Virus record (IMG/VR): IMGVR_UViG_3300025018_000093
Reading direction: 5' to 3' (one strand)
Source: a virus
Lineage: Duplodnaviria; Caudoviricetes
Length of the DNA: 64,000 nt
The notes beneath the pieces are model-generated. The model was not told where the DNA came from, did not search any database, and saw nothing but the letters and a program-made list of their open reading frames with translations. Shown here piece by piece: positions 9,742 through 18,680 of this stretch. The translations under genes were made by a program, and so were the position numbers. Within the stretch, counting starts at the first letter, position 1, and each line of letters opens with the position of its first letter.

Positions 9742-10239
9742 AGCCCCGACAAGTTCTATCACTTCCGGCCCCCAGAGCACGAGGGGCGCATCGGAAAGTT
9801 CAACAGGGTGTTTGGGCAAATCTGGGAGGACGAAGAGCTGCTGGTCTACCTCCAGACGGCGCTGACAGACTGGAATGCTAAGCCCCCGGAGACCGAGAGT
9901 CTTTGCACCTTGGATGCACTCTGCGCACACAAGCCTGTATGGACCGGCTACATCATGACGAGAGCTATGTTCTATGCTCTCTATGCCCTGGCAATCAACT
10001 GGGTCGCTGACGAGTTCGATTACAGTATCGGTGGAATCTCCCTCAATATTGACAAGTCGTCGAAGTATGAGCAGATGAAACAGAATGCTAAGGCCGAGTG
10101 GGACTCTCACGTCGAGACCAAGTTGCAAACCACCAAGCTCGTGCGTGGTCTGCAGCAACCGCGATTCGGTATCGGCATACGCAGCGCGTTCGGCCCACAT
10201 GTAGGCCGGGGTGTTTTGAGCCCCCGATCCTTCCTCTGA
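9346..10239 (+). CDS. C-half of the fractured gene: split-intein C-fragment (aa 1-132) plus C-extein (SPDKFYHFRPP...)
   Basis: ATG 9346 after GAGGAG. Intein block B TLTRGHRVF, block F MYDLTAEDWHNFV, block G LISN|S. Confidence 0.9.
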   Translation: MLSDAQKEKITRAFQEKALCVRSVSPEGHSEWKRVVQTHRAEVPWEDIFEAETEGGSFTLTRGHRVFVTPVVKESMEDLKEGSTVTGVREGKVVEIPLRGVKRVAYRRFMYDLTAEDWHNFVLHTSGVLISNSPDKFYHFRPPEHEGRIGKFNRVFGQIWEDEELLVYLQTALTDWNAKPPETESLCTLDALCAHKPVWTGYIMTRAMFYALYALAINWVADEFDYSIGGISLNIDKSSKYEQMKQNAKAEWDSHVETKLQTTKLVRGLQQPRFGIGIRSAFGPHVGRGVLSPRSFL

Positions 10240-10278
10240 GCAATTTTTTCTAAGTAATTACAATCACTTACGTTTTTC

Positions 10279-10307
10279 TGGACACGTCCTCAGACTTTTG
10301 CTACCTT
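10279..10307 (+). promoter_or_regulatory. Sigma70-like promoter candidate TGGACA-N17-TACCTT
   Basis: 17-bp spacing, in AT-rich intergenic DNA upstream of ORF 10337. Confidence 0.4.
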
Positions 10308-10336
10308 GATTCAGGTGGCAGTCGATGGAGGACCAC

Positions 10337-10480
10337 ATGCCAGTCAAATGCCCGTACTGCGGAAAAGAGTTTCAAGGTGACAAGCTCAACGCACGTCACT
10401 TGTCGAAGTGCAACCCTGAGCTGCAAGCAACCGTGCCCCCGTGCCTCTGCGGGCACGAGTCTACGTCATTGGGGTGTTAA
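10337..10480 (+). pseudogene. Short zinc-finger ORF (47 aa), probably a truncated endonuclease N-terminus
   Basis: SD GGAGG. MPVKCPYCGKEF...RHLSKC...CLCGH, then an early stop. Confidence 0.55.
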
Positions 10481-10654
10481 CGCGTTTTCGATTTCGTCTA
10501 CACAACGTAGTAGATTGGTTTGTACCTGCGTCTCTGAGAAGCGAAGTACTTGGAACCCTCTTTGTTCTAGGTGCTTTGTTTGCTTCTGGTCTTTTTCCAA
10601 TTGCTTTGGAAAACGGGAGCTATGCCAGTAGTCGCCATCCGCAATCTTCTGCTT
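10466..10654 (-). pseudogene. Vsr/DUF559-type endonuclease C-terminal fragment on the reverse strand
   Basis: My translation: KQKIADGDYWHSSRFPKQLEKDQKQTKHLEQRGFQVLRFSETQVQTNLLRCVDEIENALTPQ*. No ATG in frame before an upstream stop. Confidence 0.75.
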
Positions 10655-10699
10655 TGCAGAGCTTTTTTGTTCTGCTGTCTGAGCAAGCGGGGGAATGCT

Positions 10700-12181
10700 A
10701 TGACGTTACTTCGAGACCTGGTACGGTTAGCGTACAAGCATGCGCACCTGCGCCCTGCTTTGCTTCCCCTCCTGAGGGAGGCGGCCTCTGCGGATTCCTG
10801 GAATGAGGACAAGCACGGCAACAAGTGGAGAGAAGTGAGTGGTCGTGTGGAGTATGAGTTCGAGCCGGATGTACCTCCGAGCAGACGAACCTGGCCTCCT
10901 CGACAAGATCACATCAAGACTGCCGAGCTGGCAATGCTGCGGAACGGTTACAAGACCGACAAGTCCGACCTACTTCAAGTTGTGGAAGGTGAGAAGCTTG
11001 TGCGGTATTGCGTGCAAGTCCCTGCATTTCTCCCACCGAACAAGTCCGGTGTGAGCCGTATAGCACCCGTCAAGGTGCAACTGGACTTGCGAGGCCTGGT
11101 TGTGGACAAGAGGCCCTCGGATTGTGTACCCCTTCCGAGTCTTGTCGCCCGGTATGCCAGATTCATACACCAGGGTAGAAAAACAGTTCGACGTGACACC
11201 CTGAAAGGGTACTTCAAGTCTGGGTTCTATGTTCGATTTGGAGCATGGTCCGGCCCGTCTACGTTTGGACTTGTGACGAACAATGAGGATTACGACGAGT
11301 GGAGTGAGCTGGGGAAACGTCATGAGATGGGTGTGTCCGTTTACGGCGTGCGGCGGATACGAGGTCGTTGGGTACTGGAGGACATAGATCGTAGTCAAGC
11401 GGTCTATGGTGTTGGAGACTACTGGGAGCACATGCTTGGCAGTGTACTGCGGAACCGACCGCTCTATCTCGTTCGTGGTGTTCCCATTGCAATCGAAGAC
11501 TCCCAGAATCCTGACAAGCCCTACTTGGCTAAGGGATCCGACGGGGAGCCCCTGTTGGAGCTGGATTCCGTGCACAAGGTCCAACAACTGAACCCCTATG
11601 AGGTCTTCGTCATTGACACGAAATCGGAGTCTGGCGTGAACGTTGGGAATGAACTCTCTATAGGCGATGCTAGTTGGCAAGGACGGATTGTTTCGCAGCC
11701 AGCTGGAGAGACGGCAATGAATCGGAATGCAACGGGGCGCTTAGCCGGAAACGGGGTTTCTATTTGGTTTGGGGACTCCTTTATCGGGTCTCCAAAAGCT
11801 TTTGGCCAACGCGGATACCCAACGTTGCGGGAAGCTGTGTCCGCAGCAAAGGCGGCAGTGGGTAAGCTACCCTCCCCTCTAGTGGCGGAAGATCCTGGAT
11901 TCCTCCCACCGGGATCTGTAGGTAAGCCACTGGCATCAAGTTGGAAACTTGGTGAGGCTGTGAATGCGGGTATTGTTTTGCACTACCCCCAGCCAGGCGG
12001 GAAGAGCCTGTACATGGCTGCGAGTAACTACCTGGTGAAACGAAAGCATCGACCTGCGGATAGCTTATCCATGAAGCCTCTGCCGAAACAGAAGGGGACT
12101 TTGCGGCCTTTGCATGCAAGTGTGATTCGACTTGCCTACCAACACCCAGAGCTGCGAAAGCATCTTCTTCCGCTACTGTGA
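10700..12181 (+). CDS. Hypothetical multi-domain protein with the IRLAY motif at both termini
   Basis: ATG 10700. N-terminus LVRLAYKHAHLRPALLPLL; C-terminus SVIRLAYQHPELRKHLLPLL*. Confidence 0.8.
   Translation: MTLLRDLVRLAYKHAHLRPALLPLLREAASADSWNEDKHGNKWREVSGRVEYEFEPDVPPSRRTWPPRQDHIKTAELAMLRNGYKTDKSDLLQVVEGEKLVRYCVQVPAFLPPNKSGVSRIAPVKVQLDLRGLVVDKRPSDCVPLPSLVARYARFIHQGRKTVRRDTLKGYFKSGFYVRFGAWSGPSTFGLVTNNEDYDEWSELGKRHEMGVSVYGVRRIRGRWVLEDIDRSQAVYGVGDYWEHMLGSVLRNRPLYLVRGVPIAIEDSQNPDKPYLAKGSDGEPLLELDSVHKVQQLNPYEVFVIDTKSESGVNVGNELSIGDASWQGRIVSQPAGETAMNRNATGRLAGNGVSIWFGDSFIGSPKAFGQRGYPTLREAVSAAKAAVGKLPSPLVAEDPGFLPPGSVGKPLASSWKLGEAVNAGIVLHYPQPGGKSLYMAASNYLVKRKHRPADSLSMKPLPKQKGTLRPLHASVIRLAYQHPELRKHLLPLL
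12115..12154 (+). repeat. 40-bp DNA copy of the motif-coding segment (partner at 12361-12400)
   Basis: tgcaagtgtgattcgacttgcctaccaac(a/g)cccagagctg, 39/40 identical. Confidence 0.9.
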
Positions 12182-12262
12182 CAAGCTGGTAGGTAAGGAC
12201 AGAGGATTCAATTCCTCGTTTATAGTCTCAGGGGAGTGTTCCCCGACGTTGGAGGTTCTCAG

Positions 12263-12991
12263 ATGACTTTGATCCCGAAAGACAAGAAAGTATTTGATCA
12301 GTTCACGGACAAGAGGGCTAGTCGTTTTGCGGGTGCTGCCGTTTCCGAGCGATCCTTGCGTGCAAGTGTGATTCGACTTGCCTACCAACGCCCAGAGCTG
12401 AGAGGTCACCTGCTCCCTTTGCTGCGACAAGCTAGCAGTGTGGATATCGTTGCGAAGGTGGGCTATGGATTGCGAACGTTTGCAAGTAGCCTAGCTCCGA
12501 ATTGGACAGAAGATAGTGCCCTGGAATGGGCGGGTCTGCTCGACCGGAACAGGAACCTCTTCTCCTACTACAGACCGCTAATCCGTGGGGGTAAGTTTGT
12601 GGACCTCCCGGATGAAGTTCTGGATGAGATCCTCTCTTGGGAGGCCCCTCTGCTCAAGTTGTTCAAGAAAATGCAGTCGATCCTTAACAAGGTCGGATAC
12701 CCGCAACGAGTGGCCAACATGATGGCTGGTCTCACCGAGAGAGCAATCTATGTAGGTCATGCGGACCCCGTCCAGAAGATTTTGGAAAGCCTCGTGTTGT
12801 CGCTAGACGCCAGGAATGCTTACAAAGACCTCGGAGCGAAGGGAGAGCAGGTAGCTCGCATGATAGCGAAGCTTTCCAAGGTATCCCTGAAAATTGGGGC
12901 TGACACAGGTGTGAGTGACGTGGGTGAGAGTGTGACGGATGACGTGTATGATCTCGATGCGGAGTACAACAAGGACCTGCGTTCCTACTAG
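12263..12991 (+). CDS. Hypothetical protein with IRLAYQ motif
   Basis: ATG after GGAGG. Contains SVIRLAYQRPELRGHLLPLL. Confidence 0.8.
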   Translation: MTLIPKDKKVFDQFTDKRASRFAGAAVSERSLRASVIRLAYQRPELRGHLLPLLRQASSVDIVAKVGYGLRTFASSLAPNWTEDSALEWAGLLDRNRNLFSYYRPLIRGGKFVDLPDEVLDEILSWEAPLLKLFKKMQSILNKVGYPQRVANMMAGLTERAIYVGHADPVQKILESLVLSLDARNAYKDLGAKGEQVARMIAKLSKVSLKIGADTGVSDVGESVTDDVYDLDAEYNKDLRSY

Positions 12992-13001
12992 CCCCTACAC
13001 G

Positions 13002-13844
13002 TCAGCCCAGTAGCACCTGGTTGGTCGCGTTGATGGTAGCCTCAAAGTCTGCCTCGGTCATCTCGACATTGCGAGGAGACCCTGCGATCCCCTTGTGCCC
13101 ACCGGCTTCTGGTCCCCAGAGTTCCTGGACCAGAGCGCAGCAGTTCAGCGGCACACTGGGGTTCTCTGCGGAGACCGTGATCGCCTTCGTCTTTGTGTTG
13201 AAGGCGATGACGGCTTGGGCCACGTGCCCCTCGTGCTCGTACAGGTGGTTGACGAAGGCGTCGGCTTCCCGCACCAGGACGTTCCCATGCCATCGGAGGA
13301 AGCTCTGGACTTCCAGCTCAGCTTGCTTCACCGCGTTGGCGTCGCCGGCAGTGAGCAGAGACTCGTCACCGTCCAGGATGGCTGTGATGACCTCGGTGGC
13401 CTTCTGCAGGAACTCCGTGCAGTCGACTGCCGTCCCGTCACGGGGCGGGAAGTAGCGATTGCTCGTGCTCCAGGCCCAGAATGCTTGGAGTGCCCGGATG
13501 TCCTCCTCAGAAGCCTCGGCTTGGCACAGACGGTGTGCTCCGTTGACGTCCACGAAGGCGGCCAGCTCCCAGAACCCTGCATGGTTGGGGTAGGCAGCGG
13601 GATGCTTCGTGACGACCATGACACCACCAAGGGTGTCAAGATCAAAGTGGCTCAGACCGATGGTCTCGACTTGGTTCGGCTCCACCGTTGCCACACAAGG
13701 AGCAGGGTTGTGTGCCCGCTCGCCGTGATGAGCGAGTGTAAGGAGCTTCCCCTCGACCAGGACCGAGCCGTACTCGGCCTCGACGGTGGCGTCCAGATTG
13801 AGTTCCGCCAATTTTTCTGCGCTGCTTGCGATCCAAATTCTCAT
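13002..13844 (-). CDS. DHH/DHHA1-superfamily phosphoesterase-like protein
   Basis: ATG 13844 after GGAGGG. Motifs LAHH, GLSHFDLDTLGG and C-terminal AGGHKGIAGSPR (DHHA1-type GGH). The only long gene on the minus strand. Confidence 0.55.
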   Translation of the reverse strand: MRIWIASSAEKLAELNLDATVEAEYGSVLVEGKLLTLAHHGERAHNPAPCVATVEPNQVETIGLSHFDLDTLGGVMVVTKHPAAYPNHAGFWELAAFVDVNGAHRLCQAEASEEDIRALQAFWAWSTSNRYFPPRDGTAVDCTEFLQKATEVITAILDGDESLLTAGDANAVKQAELEVQSFLRWHGNVLVREADAFVNHLYEHEGHVAQAVIAFNTKTKAITVSAENPSVPLNCCALVQELWGPEAGGHKGIAGSPRNVEMTEADFEATINATNQVLLG

Positions 13845-14054
13845 CTTACCCTCCAAGGGAGCGAGTCAACCTGACCCGCTTGTTGTGTGTAGAACCGTCG
13901 TTTTGCGCGGCATGTGACACTTTGCAGAAAGTATTTCACCACCGCAGCAGGACCGTCGGTGGTAGATACACTATACCCCGGCTTTCTGTGGTTGACCAGC
14001 GTTCTCTTCCAAGGTCCCACTTGAGGTCTCCTTTCAACACGAGGTTCTGTCATC

Positions 14055-14717
14055 ATGCCGTACAATCAGTTGGCGCTTTTCCGGTCTGCTGGAAGTGATC
14101 CCTATTTCTCCAAGCGGGCAGAGTTCAAGATGTCCCCGGCAGACAAGAAGGTCTTGGATGCTTTCGTTGACAAAGAGTCTGCGGACTCCAAGAAGTTGTC
14201 CTCCGATGGAAAGACGCTGGATGGCAACTGGATGGGCGGTAAGGGAATTGCCGTGTGGAAGGGTGACAAGATCCATCTTGAGGATACGGGTGGAAAGTCT
14301 GCGGATACGATCCACCGTGCCATCCGCAAGATGGCCCCTCGTAACCTGGTAGCAGCGTCCCGTCAGGCAGCCGTCAGGCAGGGGGTTCGCTCCCTCATCC
14401 ACAAGCTCGCTCGGATGTCCGACGAGGCGCGGGAGCTGGAGTTGTTCATCGAGAATGACGGGCAGCTCTACCGGCAGCAGTATGCTCCGATCATTCAGAA
14501 CCTGATGCGCAAGCGGAACAAGGGGGTGTATGACTTCGCCCTGAGCATCAAGCTCTTCATGTACCTGGCAGACGCTGGTGCCAAGAAGTACCACGCTGAG
14601 TTTGGATCACCAGGGCTCCCCTGGAACAAAGCCTTCCCCAAGGCGACACGAATGGAAGTTGCCAAGTCTTTGGCAGAGTCCTTCCTGACTGAGGCTGAGT
14701 CCGGTGGATATCAGTGA
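14055..14717 (+). CDS. Hypothetical two-domain protein (putative internal virion protein)
   Basis: ATG after GAGG. The second domain ARELELFIENDGQLY...KGVYD...KLFMYL...GAKKY looks like a phage hypothetical family. Confidence 0.75.
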   Translation: MPYNQLALFRSAGSDPYFSKRAEFKMSPADKKVLDAFVDKESADSKKLSSDGKTLDGNWMGGKGIAVWKGDKIHLEDTGGKSADTIHRAIRKMAPRNLVAASRQAAVRQGVRSLIHKLARMSDEARELELFIENDGQLYRQQYAPIIQNLMRKRNKGVYDFALSIKLFMYLADAGAKKYHAEFGSPGLPWNKAFPKATRMEVAKSLAESFLTEAESGGYQ

Positions 14718-14813
14718 AGAGGTTGGAAAGGTTGGCCTCCTTCCAGGCCGAGGACAGTTTCTCCTGAGCCATGGTTTTCGGCAAGCGTTGCGGGATAGCA
14801 TATAGGTGATCGG

Positions 14814-15977
14814 ATGGCTGGAACACCCCATGGAATCCATTCAATAGTCAGTGCCTATGCTTCGAATGAAATTGCGGTGCAGGCACAGTTCTGTCGAATC
14901 ATTGCGGCCCTTGATCACGTAGAGGCCTTCGGTTACTGCACACGGATCGCGAGCTACTACGGGCTGACCGGCACGGGGTTTGGGATGCCTGGAAGCGGGG
15001 CTGAGCCTGGTCGCTGGGCATTTGCGGTGTATCGTTGGAACGCCAATGCGGGGCGGACTTGGGAGTGGTACCTGCTTGTGCAATTTGGGATGGGTTCCGC
15101 AGTAGGGTCTGGGGGTGAGCCCACGTACCCAATGTACCTTTCGGATCCGAATCTTTTGTTTGCATCTGCTGTGGCGTTTGACCAGTTAGGGGCGCCGGCA
15201 AACCCTTGGAGAGGTACTGTACTGAACAATGGCGCGGATTCCAAAGCGGCCACTGTTTGGGGGAAGCCCACGGGTCATGTCGATGAGAGAGTTTATGCAT
15301 GGCCTCGGTGTAACGACACGGGTGGGACCTATGCAACGAATAAGCAGTCGCTAGCTGTTGCAGAGGCTGTGTCCTCAAGTAACTACTATGGCTATACTAT
15401 GCGGTCGCATGTGCTATGCGATGCAGATGGTTTCTTTTACGGTCATGACCGCATGAATGAGGGGGAGAGTGTTGGTTTTATCATCGTTGCTCCCTACACC
15501 CCCTTGGACGGACTCTCGGCCAGAGCCCCGCTATTCATGCTCACGAGGGGTAGTGTTGGGGAGGTCCCTCTCGATGTATCTATTGGGGCTATTGGGACTT
15601 CGAATGTGGACGGAGGTGTGTTTTCACCGAAAGCAGACCAGGTTAACATCTGTCGCATTTACACGCGAGCTTCGGACTACACGGAGACGGCATACCCAGG
15701 CTATCAAAGCAACCACCAATTCACGACAAAGACCGTCACCGCCGTGCGAATCCCACTGTATGTGTATGAAGCGCCGTACCAGGGGTTTCTGGGCTATCTG
15801 GATGACTTTGTCATGCTGTCTTCTGCTGTCGTTCGAGGCAGCACGCTTCAGAGTAAGTCCTATGTGGGGTTGTTGTCCGACCATCTCAGCAATGGGGAAG
15901 GTGTTGGGATCGTGAAGTGGGATGGTGTAACCGCAGATCCAATGGCGGGTAACAGTTCCCTTGGGGTGACTTTCTGA
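14814..15977 (+). CDS. Tandem paralog 1 of 3, putative fibre/receptor-binding or decoration protein
   Basis: Begins MAGTPHG, ends WDGVTADP...GVTF. Shares CxRIASYYG, WYLLxQ and PWxGTVL motifs with the next two genes. Confidence 0.75.
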   Translation: MAGTPHGIHSIVSAYASNEIAVQAQFCRIIAALDHVEAFGYCTRIASYYGLTGTGFGMPGSGAEPGRWAFAVYRWNANAGRTWEWYLLVQFGMGSAVGSGGEPTYPMYLSDPNLLFASAVAFDQLGAPANPWRGTVLNNGADSKAATVWGKPTGHVDERVYAWPRCNDTGGTYATNKQSLAVAEAVSSSNYYGYTMRSHVLCDADGFFYGHDRMNEGESVGFIIVAPYTPLDGLSARAPLFMLTRGSVGEVPLDVSIGAIGTSNVDGGVFSPKADQVNICRIYTRASDYTETAYPGYQSNHQFTTKTVTAVRIPLYVYEAPYQGFLGYLDDFVMLSSAVVRGSTLQSKSYVGLLSDHLSNGEGVGIVKWDGVTADPMAGNSSLGVTF

Positions 15978-15986
15978 GGTGTTGGT

Positions 15987-17186
15987 ATGAGTGGAACTCC
16001 ACATGGTAGGCATTCAATCTATTTACCTCCGTCTCCGCTATCAACTGAGGATGCGGCGAAAACCCACTTTGTGGCGATTATCAAAGCACTTGATGCGATT
16101 GCAGCGTCTGGTAATTGCGCGCGGATTGCCTCGTTTTACGGTTCCGGAGGGACTGGATTTGAGTATCCCGATTCCGGCCTGGGATCTCCAGGCAACACCG
16201 CCTTTGTCGTGTACCGATGGGGTACATCAACTGGGAAACCCTTTTCGTGGTACTTATTGGTCCAGTATGCCTACGGGTCAACCTTCAATACGGCAGGGAA
16301 CGGTCAACCTGCTCTGTACCAGGGCGGAAATGGAATAACTAGCGCCTGCTGTGTAGGCTTTTCTGTAGCAGTTGCGTTTGATCAGTTTGGAACCTCCGTA
16401 AGCCCCTGGAAGGGAACTGTACTGGATGACGGGACGGATACAAAAGCCAACCCTGTTTGGGACGTGCCAACAGGTCATCTTGATGAGCGGCTGAGTGTCT
16501 GGCCAAGATCCAATAATCCTGGAGGGTCTCATGCTACCGCACGACAGAACCTGACAACCTTCTATCAAGCTACATCAACTACGCTGAATAGCGTAGAGAC
16601 GTTGCTTTTTCTGGTAGCCGACGCAGACAGTATGTTTATCACGTCGGACGTTTACTGTAATGGCACTATTGATACGATTGCTTTCGTCACCCCGATCTCT
16701 GTGATTGCTGAGCTGGAGGCACCCTCACAGGCTTCATTGTACGCTATGGGTTCAAACACTCCGTATAACTTGTTGAATGCTGCGATGCCTAATGCTACGG
16801 CTGGTACAGGCGATCCCAATGGGGGCGTTTTCTCTCCTCTACTTGAGTACCCTGTAGCAGGGATTGTCTACACGAGATCGCCGGACACGAGTAACGTGAG
16901 TCCTTACCAGCCAACGAAACAAGCGGAGACCCGAAAGAATATCCTGTTTCCGTTTGCTGTGTACGCTGACGAGACTCCAAACAAGGGTTTTGTGGGCTAT
17001 GCCTGGCCGTTCATCCAGTATTCCCAGCTTGTTCCCGCGTATGCTACGCTGGACAACAAGCTGAAAGTGTCTTTGTCAACAGGACTAAGTCGCACAGGGG
17101 GCGGGATGCTTAACTTCATAGTTCCGTGGGATGGTGTGACGGCAGATCCTTCGTCCGGTCGTACACGTGAAGGTGTGACGTTTTAG
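15987..17186 (+). CDS. Tandem paralog 2 of 3
   Basis: MSGTPHG...CARIASFYG...WYLLVQ...PWKGTVL...WDGVTADP...GVTF. Confidence 0.75.
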   Translation: MSGTPHGRHSIYLPPSPLSTEDAAKTHFVAIIKALDAIAASGNCARIASFYGSGGTGFEYPDSGLGSPGNTAFVVYRWGTSTGKPFSWYLLVQYAYGSTFNTAGNGQPALYQGGNGITSACCVGFSVAVAFDQFGTSVSPWKGTVLDDGTDTKANPVWDVPTGHLDERLSVWPRSNNPGGSHATARQNLTTFYQATSTTLNSVETLLFLVADADSMFITSDVYCNGTIDTIAFVTPISVIAELEAPSQASLYAMGSNTPYNLLNAAMPNATAGTGDPNGGVFSPLLEYPVAGIVYTRSPDTSNVSPYQPTKQAETRKNILFPFAVYADETPNKGFVGYAWPFIQYSQLVPAYATLDNKLKVSLSTGLSRTGGGMLNFIVPWDGVTADPSSGRTREGVTF

Positions 17187-17195
17187 GGGGAGCGG

Positions 17196-18344
17196 ATGGC
17201 CGGTACACCACATGGAATAATCTCGATAGCCTCTGGGGGCTCAAGTAACCCCTTCGCAGATATCGTGATGGCTCTTGACTACCTAGAGTCCACGTATGGG
17301 ACCTGCGAGCGCATCGCGAGCTACTATGGCCAAGACAGTTCCATTCCGACTAATTATGGAACGGGGCTAGGTCGCGGACAGTTCCTGCAGCGTGCCTTCG
17401 TCGTTTACAAGTTTCCGGCGAACTCGGGGAGACTTTACGACTGGTATCTGCTGATGCAGGTTTCGTGGGGCAACCTCACGTTTGACCTCAGCAACAACTT
17501 GATCAATGGAAATAGCAATGCCACTACGGGATTGGCGTTAGGCTTTCAGGTAGCGATTGCCCTGGATAGTGCCGGCAACACCGTGAACCCTTGGCAGGGT
17601 ACCGTGTTGAATGATGGGACAGATACGAAGCCCACAGTTGGATGGGATGCTCCGGTAGGTGGAAAGCTTTTTGTCTGGGGCAGATCCAACTCTCCGCTAG
17701 ATGGCACCTACGCAACCAATCGAAACAATACGATAGGGGTGCGTGACGCAACGAGTGTGTCAGACTTGGCACGGCGGATACACGTCATTGCAGATGATGA
17801 CTGTCTTGCGATCTATCACCAGAACGAAACCAGTTCGAAGCACATTTACTATTTCATTGCCTCCCCGGTGATTCCCGTCACGAACCTCACATTTGATGTG
17901 CCGTTCGCAGTGCTTTGTCGCACAGCAGTTGTGAACAGTTCCCTCTGGGGTACTTTTCCTAGTGCAGTGAATGAAAACTCCACAACGAACGGCGGCGTCA
18001 ACGCTCCGATCCCTGGAAACGTGGTGTCGGCGCATGGTGACTACGCCAGATTGTTGGGGGACGAGTCGGACACCTTCCAGCCGAACAACCAATTTGCTTC
18101 GACCACCTACACAGAGACACCCGTGTTCCTGTACGCGGAGGAAAACCCCTACAAGGGGCTAATCGGGCAGCTTGATCCTTTTGTTCGCAAGACCTTTCGG
18201 GTGACCTACAACTCGACTTTGAACTCGATGACTCGCGTTGCGTTGGGGTTCGATTCAACCACCTACAAGATGCGCATGACTCTGCCCTGGGATGGTGTGA
18301 CCACCGATCCTTTGTCTGGTGGAGCCACCGGAATCCAGTTCTAG
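17196..18344 (+). CDS. Tandem paralog 3 of 3
   Basis: MAGTPHG...CERIASYYG...WYLLMQ...PWQGTVL...WDGVTTDP...GIQF. Confidence 0.75.
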   Translation: MAGTPHGIISIASGGSSNPFADIVMALDYLESTYGTCERIASYYGQDSSIPTNYGTGLGRGQFLQRAFVVYKFPANSGRLYDWYLLMQVSWGNLTFDLSNNLINGNSNATTGLALGFQVAIALDSAGNTVNPWQGTVLNDGTDTKPTVGWDAPVGGKLFVWGRSNSPLDGTYATNRNNTIGVRDATSVSDLARRIHVIADDDCLAIYHQNETSSKHIYYFIASPVIPVTNLTFDVPFAVLCRTAVVNSSLWGTFPSAVNENSTTNGGVNAPIPGNVVSAHGDYARLLGDESDTFQPNNQFASTTYTETPVFLYAEENPYKGLIGQLDPFVRKTFRVTYNSTLNSMTRVALGFDSTTYKMRMTLPWDGVTTDPLSGGATGIQF

Positions 18345-18353
18345 GAGTGTCCC

Positions 18354-18623
18354 ATGGCAGATTTCGGGGCGGTGTTTTTGGCGGAGCAGCCCGTAGCTTT
18401 GGAACCGAGCTTGGAGTTGTCGGTAGACTTTGCTTTGGGAACTCCTAGTGGTGGAATCCCCTCCATACGTTACTACTATATGCGTGCCTGGAATACGAAC
18501 TTGAGCGCCTACGTGCATTGGCGCGTCCCTGACGAGCCAGACTTTGTGGGCACGTATAGCGGGTATCCGACAGGGGACATTCAAGACGCAACTGTGCTGA
18601 TGTTCGAGATGTCAGACCAGTAA
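18354..18623 (+). CDS. Hypothetical protein (89 aa)
   Basis: ATG after AGGAG, directly downstream of the paralog triplet. Confidence 0.65.
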   Translation: MADFGAVFLAEQPVALEPSLELSVDFALGTPSGGIPSIRYYYMRAWNTNLSAYVHWRVPDEPDFVGTYSGYPTGDIQDATVLMFEMSDQ

Positions 18624-18680
18624 CTTCAACAGCAACCTGCCATATGAGGGAAAGTCCTGTGTTCCTTCTGGGAGATTGAG

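Noticed and set aside
13095-13874. 259-aa plus-strand ORF and the many other long antisense or overlapping ORFs in the track
   Set aside because: These are shadow frames of GC-rich real genes, with no SD or recognisable motifs.
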